A stretch of 64,000 bases of DNA from Diplonema japonicum. Taxonomy: Eukaryota > Protista > Euglenozoa: Diplonemea. Positions 24,179 to 36,309 of the stretch are shown here, piece after piece. The translations under genes and the position numbers were made by a program. The stretch covers positions 372,001-436,000 of the forward strand of contig OZ025724.1 in assembly GCA_964019335.1 (NCBI GenBank), given 5' to 3'. Each line of letters starts with the position of its first letter. The first letter of the stretch is position 1. A model generated the notes under the pieces. The model was not told where the DNA came from. It made no database searches and saw nothing but the letters and a program-made list of their open reading frames with translations.

Positions 24179-24599
24179 GTTTTTTTTTTTTTTTTTTTTT
24201 TTTTTTTTGTTTGTTCCTTCCCCCTCCCACCCCTCGCTCTTTGGGATTGTTTTGGGAAAATATGAGGGATATTAAAAAAAAAAAAAGAAAAGAAAAAAGA
24301 AGAAGAAAAAAAGAAATTGAAGGGGGTGGGCGGGGAGGGACCCTGGTGCTTTTCAATGGGTCCTTCTTTTTTTTTTTTTTAAATTTCTAGGGAGCCAATT
24401 TTTGAACCAACCAGTTTCTTTTATTTTATTTTTTTTCTTTAAAAAAAAAAAACCCCTGTGTGAAAAGATACTTTAAGTAATACTTTTTTTTTTTTTTTTT
24501 TCTTAACGAACAAAAAAAAAAAAAAAGAAGAAAAGAAAAGAAAAGAAAAGAAAAACGACCCCTAAAGCAATAACCCTATTTCTCAAAAAAGAAATACTA

Positions 24600-24968
24600 C
24601 CGGATTTGTATTTATATTGTTCAGTTTTAATAATGGTCTGGGGATTTAGTGTACTGTATAAATTATGTACCTTTTTCGGATTTTGGACCCAACTTGGGAC
24701 TTTTTACAGAACAATACAAAAAACTATTTTTATTATTTTTGGCCTGACCCCCCCCCCCCCCCCCCAGGACAGGCCCCACTAAAATCAAAGCCACGTTTCC
24801 CCGGCTGGGGGGTATTTTGCTTTTGTCTTGGGATTTTTTTATTTTTAGGGATATTTTCTGGGATTTTTTTTTATTTTTATAATTTTTATGTTCTGTTTTA
24901 ATGGTGTTCTGTAAATATTTTTTGCCCAATTTGGGACTTTTCACATAACAATATAAGTACAAATCCGG
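24600..24968. mobile_element. Tc1/mariner-type MITE
   Basis: 22-bp TIR ccggatttgtatttatattgtt / aacaatataagtacaaatccgg (1 mismatch), TA on both sides. Confidence 0.85.
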
Positions 24969-25042
24969 TATAAAAAAAAAAAGATAAAATAAAAAAAAAA
25001 GAGAGAGAGGGAGAAAAGGAAAAGAGGGAAAAAAATATCAGT

Positions 25043-25480
25043 CTAGTTCTTCACAAGCTCAACACCACCGAAGATGGTCATCAGAAGCCCGGCCACAAAG
25101 GAGAAGGCCCTGTAGGGCTGCACGCCGAGGATGTAGGAGAAGGCTTGGATGTAGCGTGCGATGACGAAAGCCCAGATGAGTTTGATGTGCTGCTCGGTGG
25201 TGTTCTTCGTGAGGCCGATCATAAGGTAGATGGCAAAGAAGATGGACTCGTTCTCGAGGGAGTTGGACACCACCCCGTGCAGGCGGCCGATGTCGATGGG
25301 AGGCCCGTAGGCACCCAGGGTGACCTTGAACATGGTCCCGATGAGAGGGTGCATGGTGGTGTCCTCACCCACTTTGTACGAGCTCGTGATAAGCCTCGTC
25401 CTCACAGTCAGAAGGTGAGTCACGCACATCTTGAGCCCGAGGAGCCCAGTCGCCTTACCAAGGGTGTTCATGTAGTCAGA

Positions 25481-25483
<3 letters not shown>
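25043..25483 (-). CDS. MAPEG family protein (MGST1/PTGES-like)
   Basis: 146 aa, ~4 TM; LKM, R......NSLEN, FVIARYI, QPYR. Confidence 0.85.
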
Positions 25484-25515
<32 letters not shown>

Positions 25516-26183
25516 TGTGTGTTATGTGCTGTCATTTTTTTTTTTACATCAAACTCATGGCTTACAACAAAAAAAGAAAAAAAAAAAAAGAGGGGGAGGG
25601 GATGAGTGGGGAACACCCCGTTGCAACATGCATGTCAATGCACGAGAAAAAAAAAGAAGAAAAAAAGAAGAAAGAAAAGAGGGGGAACATCAACGTATGA
25701 ACCCTGTGTAAGGTAACCAGTGTCGGTGTGGGTTTGTGGTCGTAGTACTTACTTAGCACCACGGGTTACATGAGACCTCAGGAAACGGGGCTTTATCTTC
25801 TTAAAAGAGGAAGAAGAACAAGCATCTCTGGACGTTCACTCACGCACGGTGCCCTCTCATGTTCTCATTCCTCACCTTCTCCTTGTTAGCAGACACCATT
25901 GCCTTGAAGACCACCGTTGTAAAGGATCGATGTCCGGCATGTTGTGTTGCCTGAGGAACAGGTGGGCTGTGCAGGGTAGAGCTTAGCAATAACCCACCAT
26001 AAAGAAAGCGAGTGAGAGTGAGGGAGAAATAAAAGAGAAAAGAAGAAGAAGAGTATTCATAAAAAAAGGGGGGACGCGAAGAGGGGTGTGATCACAAAAA
26101 AAAGGGGGGGGGGGAAGAAGAAGAAAAAGGTGTCTTTGAAGGGAACCTGCAGTATGTGACAGGATCGCCTAACGACAATCAAC

Positions 26184-27839
26184 TCATCTAGTGTTTGATC
26201 CCTTCTGTCGTGGTAGTGCCTTAGGCCCGTCGTAGTATCTCATCAGCAGCTTGGGCGTGAAACCGACTAGCGAGTTGTTGAGGATGCAATGCGTTCGCAG
26301 TTGCTCCTCTAGGATCGGGTGGGTTGCCTTCGGGGACGCGAAGACCGGACGAGTGGAGTATCCAATGATGGAATGGCTGTGGAGCCCCAGGGTACGCAGT
26401 GAGTGTACTGACTTCTTAGTTTCTGCTGGAATCAGGTGATTCCCCGTTCCTGTTCTGTGTGCCCTGTCCAGGACGTTGAGGATTCTTCCGATTTTCCTAG
26501 CCCAGCATGCCAGGTCTTCACCACCCATGTGGATTCTCTCCGTTGCTATGAAGTCGACAGCAAGCTCCGCCTTGGACACTTGCCCTCCATCCTTGCCCCA
26601 TTTCAGGGCACTCAGCCATTTGAGGACAAACGGGATCAGCCCCGGGAAGTACTTCTTCCCCAGCCCGTGCTTGTGATACCAAATGAGGGGTTTCGGTTCT
26701 AATAGGTTTCCCGGTTGGAATGGTCTTTTCCAGAAGTGCAGATTGTCGTATCTGACCTGCTTCTCGGTGTGCAGGCTCTCGAGTTTCCCCGCAATTTCCG
26801 CAAACATCAGGTGTAGTTCCTTGACACTTGTCAGGCTTATGTCCATATCAGAGGTAATAATGCCGTGTAGTCGGGCGCAGCTTGGCCAGCTGACGTGGTC
26901 TTGCACCAGCCGAATGCGGTCAGTGTTGGTCGTTCTGCAGTCGGCGTGCGCTGGGCATTGCCAGATCGTATGTTGTAGTAGGGAGCTGGTCCCGTTCCCA
27001 ATGTTATATGGTGTGCCACACCCCAGGCATTTCGTATGTGAGCCGTTCATGTCGCCGTAAGCTCTGGGGTGTAGGGGAAGCATCGCGCCCGCAATGGCAC
27101 AAAGTATCCTCCTTGCTTTCTGTGGGTTGGTGGTCGTCACCTCGTTGTGGAGGAAGTTCGTTTTCTCCTCGTCAATGCCTGTTTCGACCCCCTGGTAGGT
27201 GTCTCGCTCTTCGGCCAGATCCTCACGTAGTTTGGCTTTCAGCAGCGTCCTGATCTCGTGTTTCAGGAGCTGTTTGCCTTGCGGTAGTATCTTCGTCTGG
27301 AAGTCCTTCCACCTTGACCCTATTTCTCGGAGCCATAGGTCTGCATTGGCAAATGGTCCCATCGGAAATGATGGAGAGCCTTGATCCCTTGCTCTCCTGT
27401 ACGCTTCCCAGCATGATATGAAAAGGGACTTGTTCGAATGTCGTGTGCAAAGTCGTCCCAGAGTAGAGATGGCCTTGTAGATCGCAGTAGAGTACGGGTC
27501 CAGGGTGTGTCCCTTATGGGCAATTCCCAGCAGGGCGCTGGAGGAGCGCATTGGGTTGCGGGCACCCCAGACGCAAAGAGTGATCCGCTTCTTCAATTTC
27601 TCCAGCCAAGAGTCCGGGATCGGGTCGAACAGGATGCCGTAGAAGGCGGATGGCAGGATGTTCTCTGCGATGATCCGTACCTTGCGATCGTGGTATAGCC
27701 TAGTTGAGGCGAGGCGTTCTATTTCGGCCAGGGCTTTGTGGACCCTCGAGTTATCCCTCCTGCTCGGCTGGAAGTAGATTTGTACCCCTAAGATTTGCAG
27801 ACTACTGGTCGTGGCAAAGGTCTCTCCGTTCAACTTCAC
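26184..27839 (-). mobile_element. 5'-truncated non-LTR retrotransposon (post-RT region and CCHC finger)
   Basis: Frame opens at GTG near the RT end motif LQILGV; ILPSAFYG; C..C....H...QCP finger; no RT core present. Confidence 0.8.
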
Positions 27840-28010
27840 ATTCCCCCGGAAAAAGAAGATATTTCATGTGACTCTTCGCCCACACATATGAAACCGTCCC
27901 GTCACGCCAGCTTCTCGTCGCACCTTCGGGTGCACCCTCGCTTCGTCCGGACGGCTACATTTTTACTCACAAAAAAGAACGGTGAAAAGAAAGAATAATA
28001 GCGCCCCATA

Positions 28011-28239
28011 GCCCCATATCTCTAAACCCTGTTTGGTCAATCCTGAACTTGCTCTGAGGGGAGGGGGCATCAGAGGGAATTTCAAGGAAACCTTTCTCAA
28101 GAATTATAGCGTTCAAGAACCAACCCTTCTGAGAGAGTTTTGTAAATGATTTTCGGGGGAGGGGGACTTATTTGTGGTCAGCACAATTCTTCTGCATCCT
28201 CCTAACGGAAGGGCACACGGGTTTTAGAGATATGGGGCG
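28011..28239. mobile_element. MITE related to 1471-1799
   Basis: gccccatatctctaaaccc / gggttttagagatatggggcg. Confidence 0.7.
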
Positions 28240-28371
28240 TAATAAGAAAGAGAAGGGGGGAAAAAAAGGGCGGGGAAGTAAGTGGTTTTCGTCTGGCAAT
28301 TCCTGTAAAGGCTTTGCGTAAAAAAGAGAGGGGAGGGAAATGAAGGGAAAATGCAATTTTTTTTTTTTTTC

Positions 28372-30764
28372 TTATTCTTTTTTACCAGTCAGGATTCGCA
28401 TGCTCTTCCCCTTGATGAGCACTGTACGCGTTGCCTGTCGTAGCCGTTCTTGCGCCCCCGACCCACCCGGACATGGCTCTTCTCCGATGAGGGTGACCAC
28501 TCTGTTATTCTCTTGGCATGCCTGGTTACGGAGAGTGAGTGAGAGCTTCCTGGTGGAAGGTTTCCGCGCGTCGAGTGTGGGCAGCTCGAGCCGACCAGCA
28601 CCATTTGTGGGGGAGAATACGGCACCGGAAGAGGTCACACGGCTAACTATACCCGGAACGTCCGGGGGTTCATCATCGATCACAAAGCTTTTTCGAGACT
28701 GGCTACGGGCAGACTTCGGCGAGGCATAAGAACCTCCTGAGAACGTTGACTGGTGTAGCTGTAGCTGCTGCTGCGACTTTGGGCTGGCGTTCTCGCCCAA
28801 GTCGTCCAAGGAAAAGGTAGCTTCGTTAACAAGATGCGACACCGACGGCGCCGGCGCCATCTTCGGAGACAACGGTTCGAAGGTCGCTACGGAACCCGTC
28901 AGCTTCACCACGTCCATGTGTGCCATCCTCCGGTCAAGTTCTTCGTTGATCGCATTTTCGAAATTCGAATTTGGGTACATCTCAAAGATGTTCAAGAAGT
29001 CCTCTTTTGTGAGCATGAACAGGTCGCACACTGTAACCGTCCGTACCGCGGCGGTACGCTTTGTCTCCCTTAGAATCGCGATTTCTCCAAACCAGGACCC
29101 GTCTTGCAGGATCACGACTTGCTTCTCCACTCCGTCCACTGGAACTAGCACCTCTACAGCACCGGAGGCAATGAAAAACATCTCCTTCCCTGTCTCTCCG
29201 ATTTCAATAACATGCATGTTCGGCTCCAACACGATCCGCATCAGCTTCTCTGCAAGCTTCGCCAGAATATACCCCTCTGCCGCTTGGAACATCGGTACTT
29301 GTCTCAAAAGCTTCAATCTTATCTGGATCCCGATCTTATTCTGCATGTAAGGCGGGAACAGCTCCAAGATCTCTGCGTAGTTAGACGTCGCTCCCTCACC
29401 GAAGATGAACGGGTAGATGCAGAAGGCTTCCTTTTGAACGGAAAGGGGGACCTCGTACCGCTTCATGAGCGACAGAAGCATGGATTTGATGTGCTTTTCC
29501 TTCTGCTCGACATGGTCGAGGGCCATGAAGTACACCGAGATGTTACCCAGGAACCACCCGAAGAACCCACTCCCAATCAGCATCAGGACGATCGAGAAAG
29601 ACTTCATTCGCGTGGAGTCGGAAATCACATCACCATACCCCACAGAGGTGGTGGTCTGGACCGCCCAGTACAGGGACTCGATGTAGTCGCCCATGTTGTG
29701 GTTCCGCTCGGCTGTCATCATATGGATGCAGGCTATGGTGTGGTGCATGCAGACTATCCAGACAACGCAGAACAGCGGGACGTGTCTTCGGTCGTACAAC
29801 GGGTTCGACGTCCTGAAGAGCGAAATACTGCGGATCATCTTCAGTGTCCTGACCAACCCGGTGATCCGGAACACGTTCACTGAGACGCCCAGCATCAGCA
29901 GGTCATACGGGATGGCCACGAAGACGTCGAATGCGAACCAGCTCTTTACGTACAACCGTTGCACTGCTGCCTTATCGTCGTCGATCAGCTGCCATCCTAT
30001 GAGTCTTGCTGTGATCAGCGTGGCATGGATCAGGACTAAATACATCAGTGTACTGGCGCTCAAAATGGCAAGCTCCACACCCGAAGGAGTTCGGTCTATC
30101 TGGTACGTGCAGACGAAGTAGGTGGTCACAGTGTACTCCACGACAGCGAAGAGGAGCCCTGCGATCTCGACACCTGTGATGTACCGGCACTCGGGGAGCA
30201 TTAATTGTGGCTCAACCTCCACTTCGTCATGCGTGGTGAGCTCGGATGAGCCTGACGTTTCGCCTATCGACCGCGCATCGGTGTCGTCGTTGTTCTGTTC
30301 CGTTTGTTGGTCGCGTTCCAACCGGTAGTTTCGGATTGATTCGTGCCGTGGAACGGGAAACGTGTCTGGTGTGCTGAGCTGTGCTGTGAGATCGCTGTTG
30401 ACTACGCTGCTTCCAAGGTCTTCGTAGTCGGCTGAGCAGAGGGACTCTCCTCTTTCAACTGACCCCCCCACAGACGGTGGGTGTGCTGAAGGTGGCGCCT
30501 TCGGTGCCATGGTTGCGAAGATGCTCCCGCGCTGTGAGCCGGATGCCTTGGAGCGCATGTCTTTGATCCCGCCTGTCTTCCACAAGGTCTTGCCCCATGT
30601 CGTCGTCTTTGAGGGGGTCACGGCCTTCGGGCCGTCTACCCGTTCGAGCAGCACTTCCAACGCATCCTCGATCTTGTTAAACTTTGCTGCCGTCCATTTC
30701 TTCACCTCGCTCAGCGTTGTCTGCCGCAGGTCGGGCTGCGACTCGTGTCGCAAGGCTTCTTGCT

Positions 30765-30809
<45 letters not shown>

Positions 30810-32433
30810 TATATACTGTAAAACAAAAATCACCGGAAGATAAAATGTCCGGAAGCTCTGGCGGTCCGGATATTTTTTCTTCCGGACATTTTTTTCCTGG
30901 GACCCCCCTTTTTTTTTTAAAGGGCTGGACCCGAAAACAGATGAAACTAGTGTCTGTAGCAAGAGAAAATCAAACGAAAATCAGAGAATTGAATTACGTA
31001 CTTTTCCAGATCCTGATTGTTTGCTTCTACCACAAGCTTGTTGAACCGAACCACTGTGCTTGCTTTAGGGTTGTTCTTATGCTTTGCGGGTTTGCGTCAT
31101 GGAGCCAATGTCCAGTATATCAGACTGGAAGCACCGCTTTGGTAGCTCCAAGGTCGATCCCCCTGCCGCACCCGTTACTGCGGGTCGCAAGCCTCTTCTG
31201 AACTAGGAAGAAACAACAAAGCTCTTTGTTTGGATCAGGTGCAGAACGGAAGGGGGTGCCGGTAGCAGCGTCGGGCATCTGCCTGTATGCAGAGGGCCAA
31301 CCAGCTGTGCTCCAAGCATGGCATCACAAGCCGCCGCCCAACAATAGGCGAGTCTAGCAGCCCCAAAGACACCCAACCAGCGAGGAGGTTCACAGGGATC
31401 AGGCCGGTTGACCTGGAACATGGACCAGCTGCTGCCACTGGGAAGAAGACGAAAAGGGGTCCCAAGGTTGTCAAGGTTAGGGATTTGGGACAAGCGTGCC
31501 GTCACCGGACAGTTTTGCGTTTCCCTGTCTGGTGGCAAACTGCACCCGCAGTTAATTTACACGGGAAAAACAGAACCAGCTCGCGGCAGGAAATACCCCG
31601 GGTCCGTCCCTCGTGTTGCACACCCCCCAAAAGGCTGGAGTTTAACAGCTTCGAAATCTCACTGGGCCACCCAGGAAACGCTTCGGCTCTGGGTAAAAGA
31701 TTTGTTTCTCCCCTTTGCTACAACCTCATCGAGTCATCGGGCTGAGCACCCACCGAGCCCATCCTACTCATCATTGATGACTACAATGTCCACACTACGC
31801 AGGCTTTTGTGAACCTGTTTTCAGAAACAAACGTTCACTTAGCGTTTGTCCCCCAGACCTCACCTATTTGTGCCAGCCCAAGACTTGCTGAGGCCGAGGC
31901 CAGGCGCACTGCCAAGACTGCGAAGGCAGCTGAAATGATTGTAAGTTAAGCAGCAAACAAGACGGCCAGACGTGCGGACAGGTAGCCCTTTCCTCGCCCC
32001 TTTTTTTAGTTTTATTGGTCGGGAAAAGTACTCTCCAACCTGCTGGGACGCAGCCATTGAAGGGTGCCTCTCACCTGAAGATATTCCCACTTGCAATATC
32101 ATTTCAGTCACCTGAAGAGGTCAGCATCTGGAGGAGTCGCGAGATATATCCTTCCCCTTTTTCGCTTTCGTCGGATTTGAATTTTATTTTTGCCGTTCTT
32201 AAGACTCCTGCAACAGAAATATAAGTTTTCCAGACACAGGGTACAGTCGTAGGACAGGCTAGGTACCCCCTTAGAAAAGTGCCCAAAAAAAAATGTCCGG
32301 AAGAAAAAATCACCGGATGTTTCGGCGGTCCGGATATTTTATCTTCCGGTGGATTTTTGTTTTACAGTATTTTATATTTTGCCCCCAATACCAGGATTAC
32401 CGGCTCTTCTGGCGTCCCAACACCATCAGACAT
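28372..32433 (-). CDS. Cyclic-nucleotide-regulated K+ channel (probable 2 exons: 32433-32401 and 30762-28372)
   Basis: S4 LVRTLKMIRS, pore TTTSVGYGD, CNBD FGEIAIL...RTAAV; main exon lacks an ATG at its start and follows CAG at 30763-30765; exon 1 is inferred. Confidence 0.85.
30816..32367 (+). mobile_element. Decayed pogo/Tigger-like (DDE_1) DNA transposon
   Basis: ~90-bp TIRs starting ctgtaaaacaaaaatc, TA flanks; fragments WNMDQ, PQLIYTGKT, SHW, IIDDYNVH, FVP. Confidence 0.88.
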
Positions 32434-32591
32434 CGGAAGATATCGTGCCCCCCCCCCCCCCCCCCTCTTAGGTAAGAAAGTGTGAGAAAAGCTAAATATG
32501 AACGGGGGGGGGAGAAAAATAAAAGCAGTTTTTTTTCTTCCTCCCCCTAATTGTACCCAACCCTTTTTTTTTTGATTTTTCTTTTCTTTCA

Positions 32592-33071
32592 TCACTCTGC
32601 CACGCTTACTGTCACAGCCTGGCCAGCCACGCGTTTGTTCTGCAGCGTCTTAATTGCAACGCCTACTGAGGGGAGGAAATTGTATGTCAGCAAGGCACAC
32701 GTTTCGAACAGCCTGATGTCAGCTATTGGTCCAGGAGCTGAGAAGACTTGCCTGATGTCCCCGGTCCCCGTGCCAGGAGCCAAGCCCCCGATTAGGATAG
32801 TTTTTGAAAAATGGCGTTTTACCTTCTTGGCGCCTGGTGCATCTCCCAGCCCCATCCATGAGAAGGCTTCCTCACCTCCGCACGAAATATCACTGTCTGA
32901 ATCGTGCCTTGTGCGCTTTTGGTCAATCTCTATGCTGTCAGACCTCCTCCTCTTTCTCTTCTTCTCTTTCTTCTTCTTTTTCACTTTTTTCTCCAACCCT
33001 TTCAGCTCATCCAGCAGCCTCTCGCGTTCTATCTTCAACAACTCCTCTTGTGCATGGTCCCTGGTACTCAT
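32592..33071 (-). CDS. Small basic protein with C-terminal RRM-like domain
   Basis: ATG at 33071; K/R-rich NLS-like stretch; TILIGGLAP...DIRQVFS..GPIADIRL...AIKTLQ...VTVSVA. Confidence 0.7.
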   Translation of the reverse strand: MSTRDHAQEELLKIERERLLDELKGLEKKVKKKKKEKKRKRRRSDSIEIDQKRTRHDSDSDISCGGEEAFSWMGLGDAPGAKKVKRHFSKTILIGGLAPGTGTGDIRQVFSAPGPIADIRLFETCALLTYNFLPSVGVAIKTLQNKRVAGQAVTVSVAE

Positions 33072-33627
33072 CGTCCCATATCTTTTTTTTTTCTTCTTCT
33101 TTTTTTTTACCTTTCTATTTTCGCTGGAGACGCAGAGAGAGAAGAAAAACAAAAAAGCCAAGAAGAAAATAAAAAACAAAAGGAGATACAGGATGTCTAA
33201 AAAAAAAGGGAGGGGGGGATTTCATTTTGCGTGTATAAACGAAAAAATGTTAACAAGGCTTGCTTTTGAGGTTAAAGGGTGTGAGCGCAAATTAAAAAAA
33301 AAGAAAGAAAGAAAGAAAAAGAGGGGAAAAAAAAAGGGGGGGGGATGGGGATGGTAAAGAAACCAGTGCGGGAAAAAGAAATACAAGAGACAATAAAGGA
33401 GCCCAGTGTTTAGTGGCGGCCTGCACAAGCACTGTCTACTTGACTACAGGATGTACTTCCTTATATCTTCGTGTTACTCCCACAACTTTAAAAGAAAAGA
33501 CCCATCGCATGGCTCGGGAGCTCCCCCCCCCCCCCCCCCCCCCCCGAGGTTGCCTTGAACACTATAGTATGAGGGGAAAGATTTATTTGCAAGAAAAAAC
33601 TACATTCAAAAGGAAAAAAAAGCCGCC

Positions 33628-35541
33628 TTATTCACCGCACTCAGGGAAAGAAGTGCACCCGGGAACCCATTTAGGCTCAGTCGACTGCACTGCGCCAATG
33701 TCGGGCTTACCCTCAGTGTAAGGAGGGTGAACAGCACCCGACCCACGTAGAGGTGAGGAAGCTGTAGGGGTAAAATCGTAACCAGCAGGGTCAGTCAGAG
33801 CGAAAGTAGCCTCCGGTTCGGTGTAAAGCCCTGCTGTGTAAGCTGCAGACTGGTTAAGGGGCGTGAAGTGCGTGGCGATAACGGTAGCTGCAATATTAAA
33901 AAACTGCGAGTGCTTGTTCATAGGTTTACACTGCGACCCTTTACACGAAGGGGGCGGGGGGCCGGGCGCAGTAAAAACAACAAGGTCTCCCTGTGCAGGG
34001 AGCCCCACGTCTGTGACGTTGAACACAGTGATGTCGTACACCACGTTGTAGTCGCCCTTCATGACAAGGCCTGCTGCGGCAGACCCGCAGGTAGTGTCCC
34101 TCAAAGGGTACCCGCAGTTCCATGCCACGTTGTGGTGCATAGTCATGTTGACGGTGGCATCGTCGCCCCTGATGCACTTCTCTCTGCAGTCGTGCACCCA
34201 GTTGTGGTGGAACTCCTTCGTGCAGTTGCTCAGCGATGTGTTGTACATGCAAGGGGTTGGCTTGTTGTCAGCGTGGATCCCAGCATGGTCGCATCCTATG
34301 AGCCCCCCGCTGTGCACGTGGTTGTAGGACACCTCAATGCTTAGCTGCGAGGTGACGATGCCCGAGTTCCCGAACTGCTTCACCGTGTTCCTCGTGATCA
34401 CGTTGTCTTCGCCCTGCACCTTACCCAGCGCGCCCCCGCAAACGCCGCCTGTGCAGTCTAGCTTCCCGAACCCCACCAAGACAGGGGGGTAGTCCAGCGA
34501 CCCCACCCAGTCCACGTTCATGATCAGCGAATCCTGCAGCGTGTTCCTGCTTCCTATCATTTGGACTCCCGCAACGTTCGTGTTCTTGATACTGACACGC
34601 TGCAGCACGGAGTTGTTCCCCTCCACAAGCGTCACGTTTGGTGTCGGCCCCGCAGGCACCATTCTGTTCCGAAGCTGCCTTGCATACGTCGGGTACGTGA
34701 TGTTGACATCATGCACGTCGGCCCCGTCCACACCGTGCAGTGTGAAGGTGCACGACTTGAAGGCCATGTTGCTGATGGTCATCGGGTGTGCAGGGTCCGC
34801 CTGCATGCCTGTGAGACAAATGTCCTTCGTACGGTAAGACACACGACTCCCGGGAGGTGACGAGTCGGGGGACCACATGTAAAGCTTCTTTGTGCCAGGC
34901 TCAAAATACCACTCCCCTGGGGAGTCCAGCGCATCGAGGATACCGAACAAGTAGTACGGGGAACCCACGTACTTGAAGAGGGGACGGGGCTTCTCACCCG
35001 GAAGGGGGGTGTCGTAGTTGAAGGAAGTGCCTGTGAAGTTGACGACTGTCCGTGTGTAGGAGAGCACACGGTCGTCCGAGTTCAACACTGCGATGGCACC
35101 CGTCCAGTTAATGTTGGTCTGCTGCATTGCAGGGTCGAACACGTACCCATAGGAGGTGGTGTTCTTCGCTGTTGCCCACGTCTTGACGTCGAGCATCTCG
35201 GTGTACTTTGCGTTGGGCCATCTGGCTTCGGGTACGTGCGTGCCTTCGAAGAAGATCTGCTCGATTTGCTCCATCTCTGTCTCCACTGTTGTGACATAGA
35301 TATCCCTCTTCCACACAGACCAGGGCCCCGTGACAGGGAGCGACCCATCAAGCACAGTGCCTTCTTCTCCTTCAAGTCGGATACCTTTCGTCATCATAAC
35401 GTTCTCTCTGTACACCCCCGAAGGTACTTTGCAGGTGTCGTCGTGTCCAGAAGCATCGATGCAGTCTTGTATGCTCCCGTGGCGTTCGACAGTTCGCGTT
35501 ACCGATATTGCTAAATGTATGAAATAGAGGCCCGCAAGCAT
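33628..35541 (-). CDS. Secreted right-handed parallel beta-helix protein (putative glycan-active)
   Basis: Signal peptide; GVYRE, EARWPN, LDSPGEWYF, repeated N..H/HHN turns, PDIGA tail. Confidence 0.8.
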   Translation of the reverse strand: MLAGLYFIHLAISVTRTVERHGSIQDCIDASGHDDTCKVPSGVYRENVMMTKGIRLEGEEGTVLDGSLPVTGPWSVWKRDIYVTTVETEMEQIEQIFFEGTHVPEARWPNAKYTEMLDVKTWATAKNTTSYGYVFDPAMQQTNINWTGAIAVLNSDDRVLSYTRTVVNFTGTSFNYDTPLPGEKPRPLFKYVGSPYYLFGILDALDSPGEWYFEPGTKKLYMWSPDSSPPGSRVSYRTKDICLTGMQADPAHPMTISNMAFKSCTFTLHGVDGADVHDVNITYPTYARQLRNRMVPAGPTPNVTLVEGNNSVLQRVSIKNTNVAGVQMIGSRNTLQDSLIMNVDWVGSLDYPPVLVGFGKLDCTGGVCGGALGKVQGEDNVITRNTVKQFGNSGIVTSQLSIEVSYNHVHSGGLIGCDHAGIHADNKPTPCMYNTSLSNCTKEFHHNWVHDCREKCIRGDDATVNMTMHHNVAWNCGYPLRDTTCGSAAAGLVMKGDYNVVYDITVFNVTDVGLPAQGDLVVFTAPGPPPPSCKGSQCKPMNKHSQFFNIAATVIATHFTPLNQSAAYTAGLYTEPEATFALTDPAGYDFTPTASSPLRGSGAVHPPYTEGKPDIGAVQSTEPKWVPGCTSFPECGE

Positions 35542-36309
35542 TTTTTTTTTTTTTTTTTTTTTTTGCTATATTTTATTTCGTGCATTGTACGGAGGACAAC
35601 AGAGGAAAAAAGAGAAAAAAAATGAGTTAGGTTGTATGCTCGAGGTGTTTTAATTTTAGAAAATAAAAAAGCCGACGGTGACCCTTTTTTTTTTTTTTTT
35701 TTTTTTTTTTTGCCTAAAAAACCCCGTCCTTTAATGGTTAAGAGCGTAAGTTATTAAAGAAGAAGGAAAAGAAGAAGAAGAAAGACTAAGACTAGAAAGA
35801 AAAATTAAGAGAAAGAACACAAGGCAATATGAGCTCTCCGTCCGAAAATAGTGCCCACGATTGGCCCTGCCTGCGAAGAAAGACACGAAGAGATGCTGCC
35901 ACCTTCTACTCCCATATTTTCTTTTCCAGCCTTATGCGGGGGATATATTCCGGGGGATTCCCTTTTCTTTTTTTTTTTTTTTGCAGTAAATAAAATATGA
36001 TCGGCAAGTGTTCAGAGGTCCTATCATAGTCTCTTCTTTTAGCGAGATATCTCCCTTCTTACCGTACATCTTTAAGTCCTATGAATTGACAAAGATATTC
36101 ACAATAATACATGAGCCTCGCAGTGTTGATCAGGACTGTCGACAAGGATGTGGTGCACAATGGTGGAGCTGAGCTGGGCTTGACGGGTGAAGGACTCCTT
36201 TTTGTCTGTCTCCTCACTCATCAATGTAACCACCGTCGGCAGCAGTTCTTTTCTTTTCAGGGATCGCAGTGGAACGCAGGAAGGAACACAGGAGGGATGT
36301 TGTGGAATT

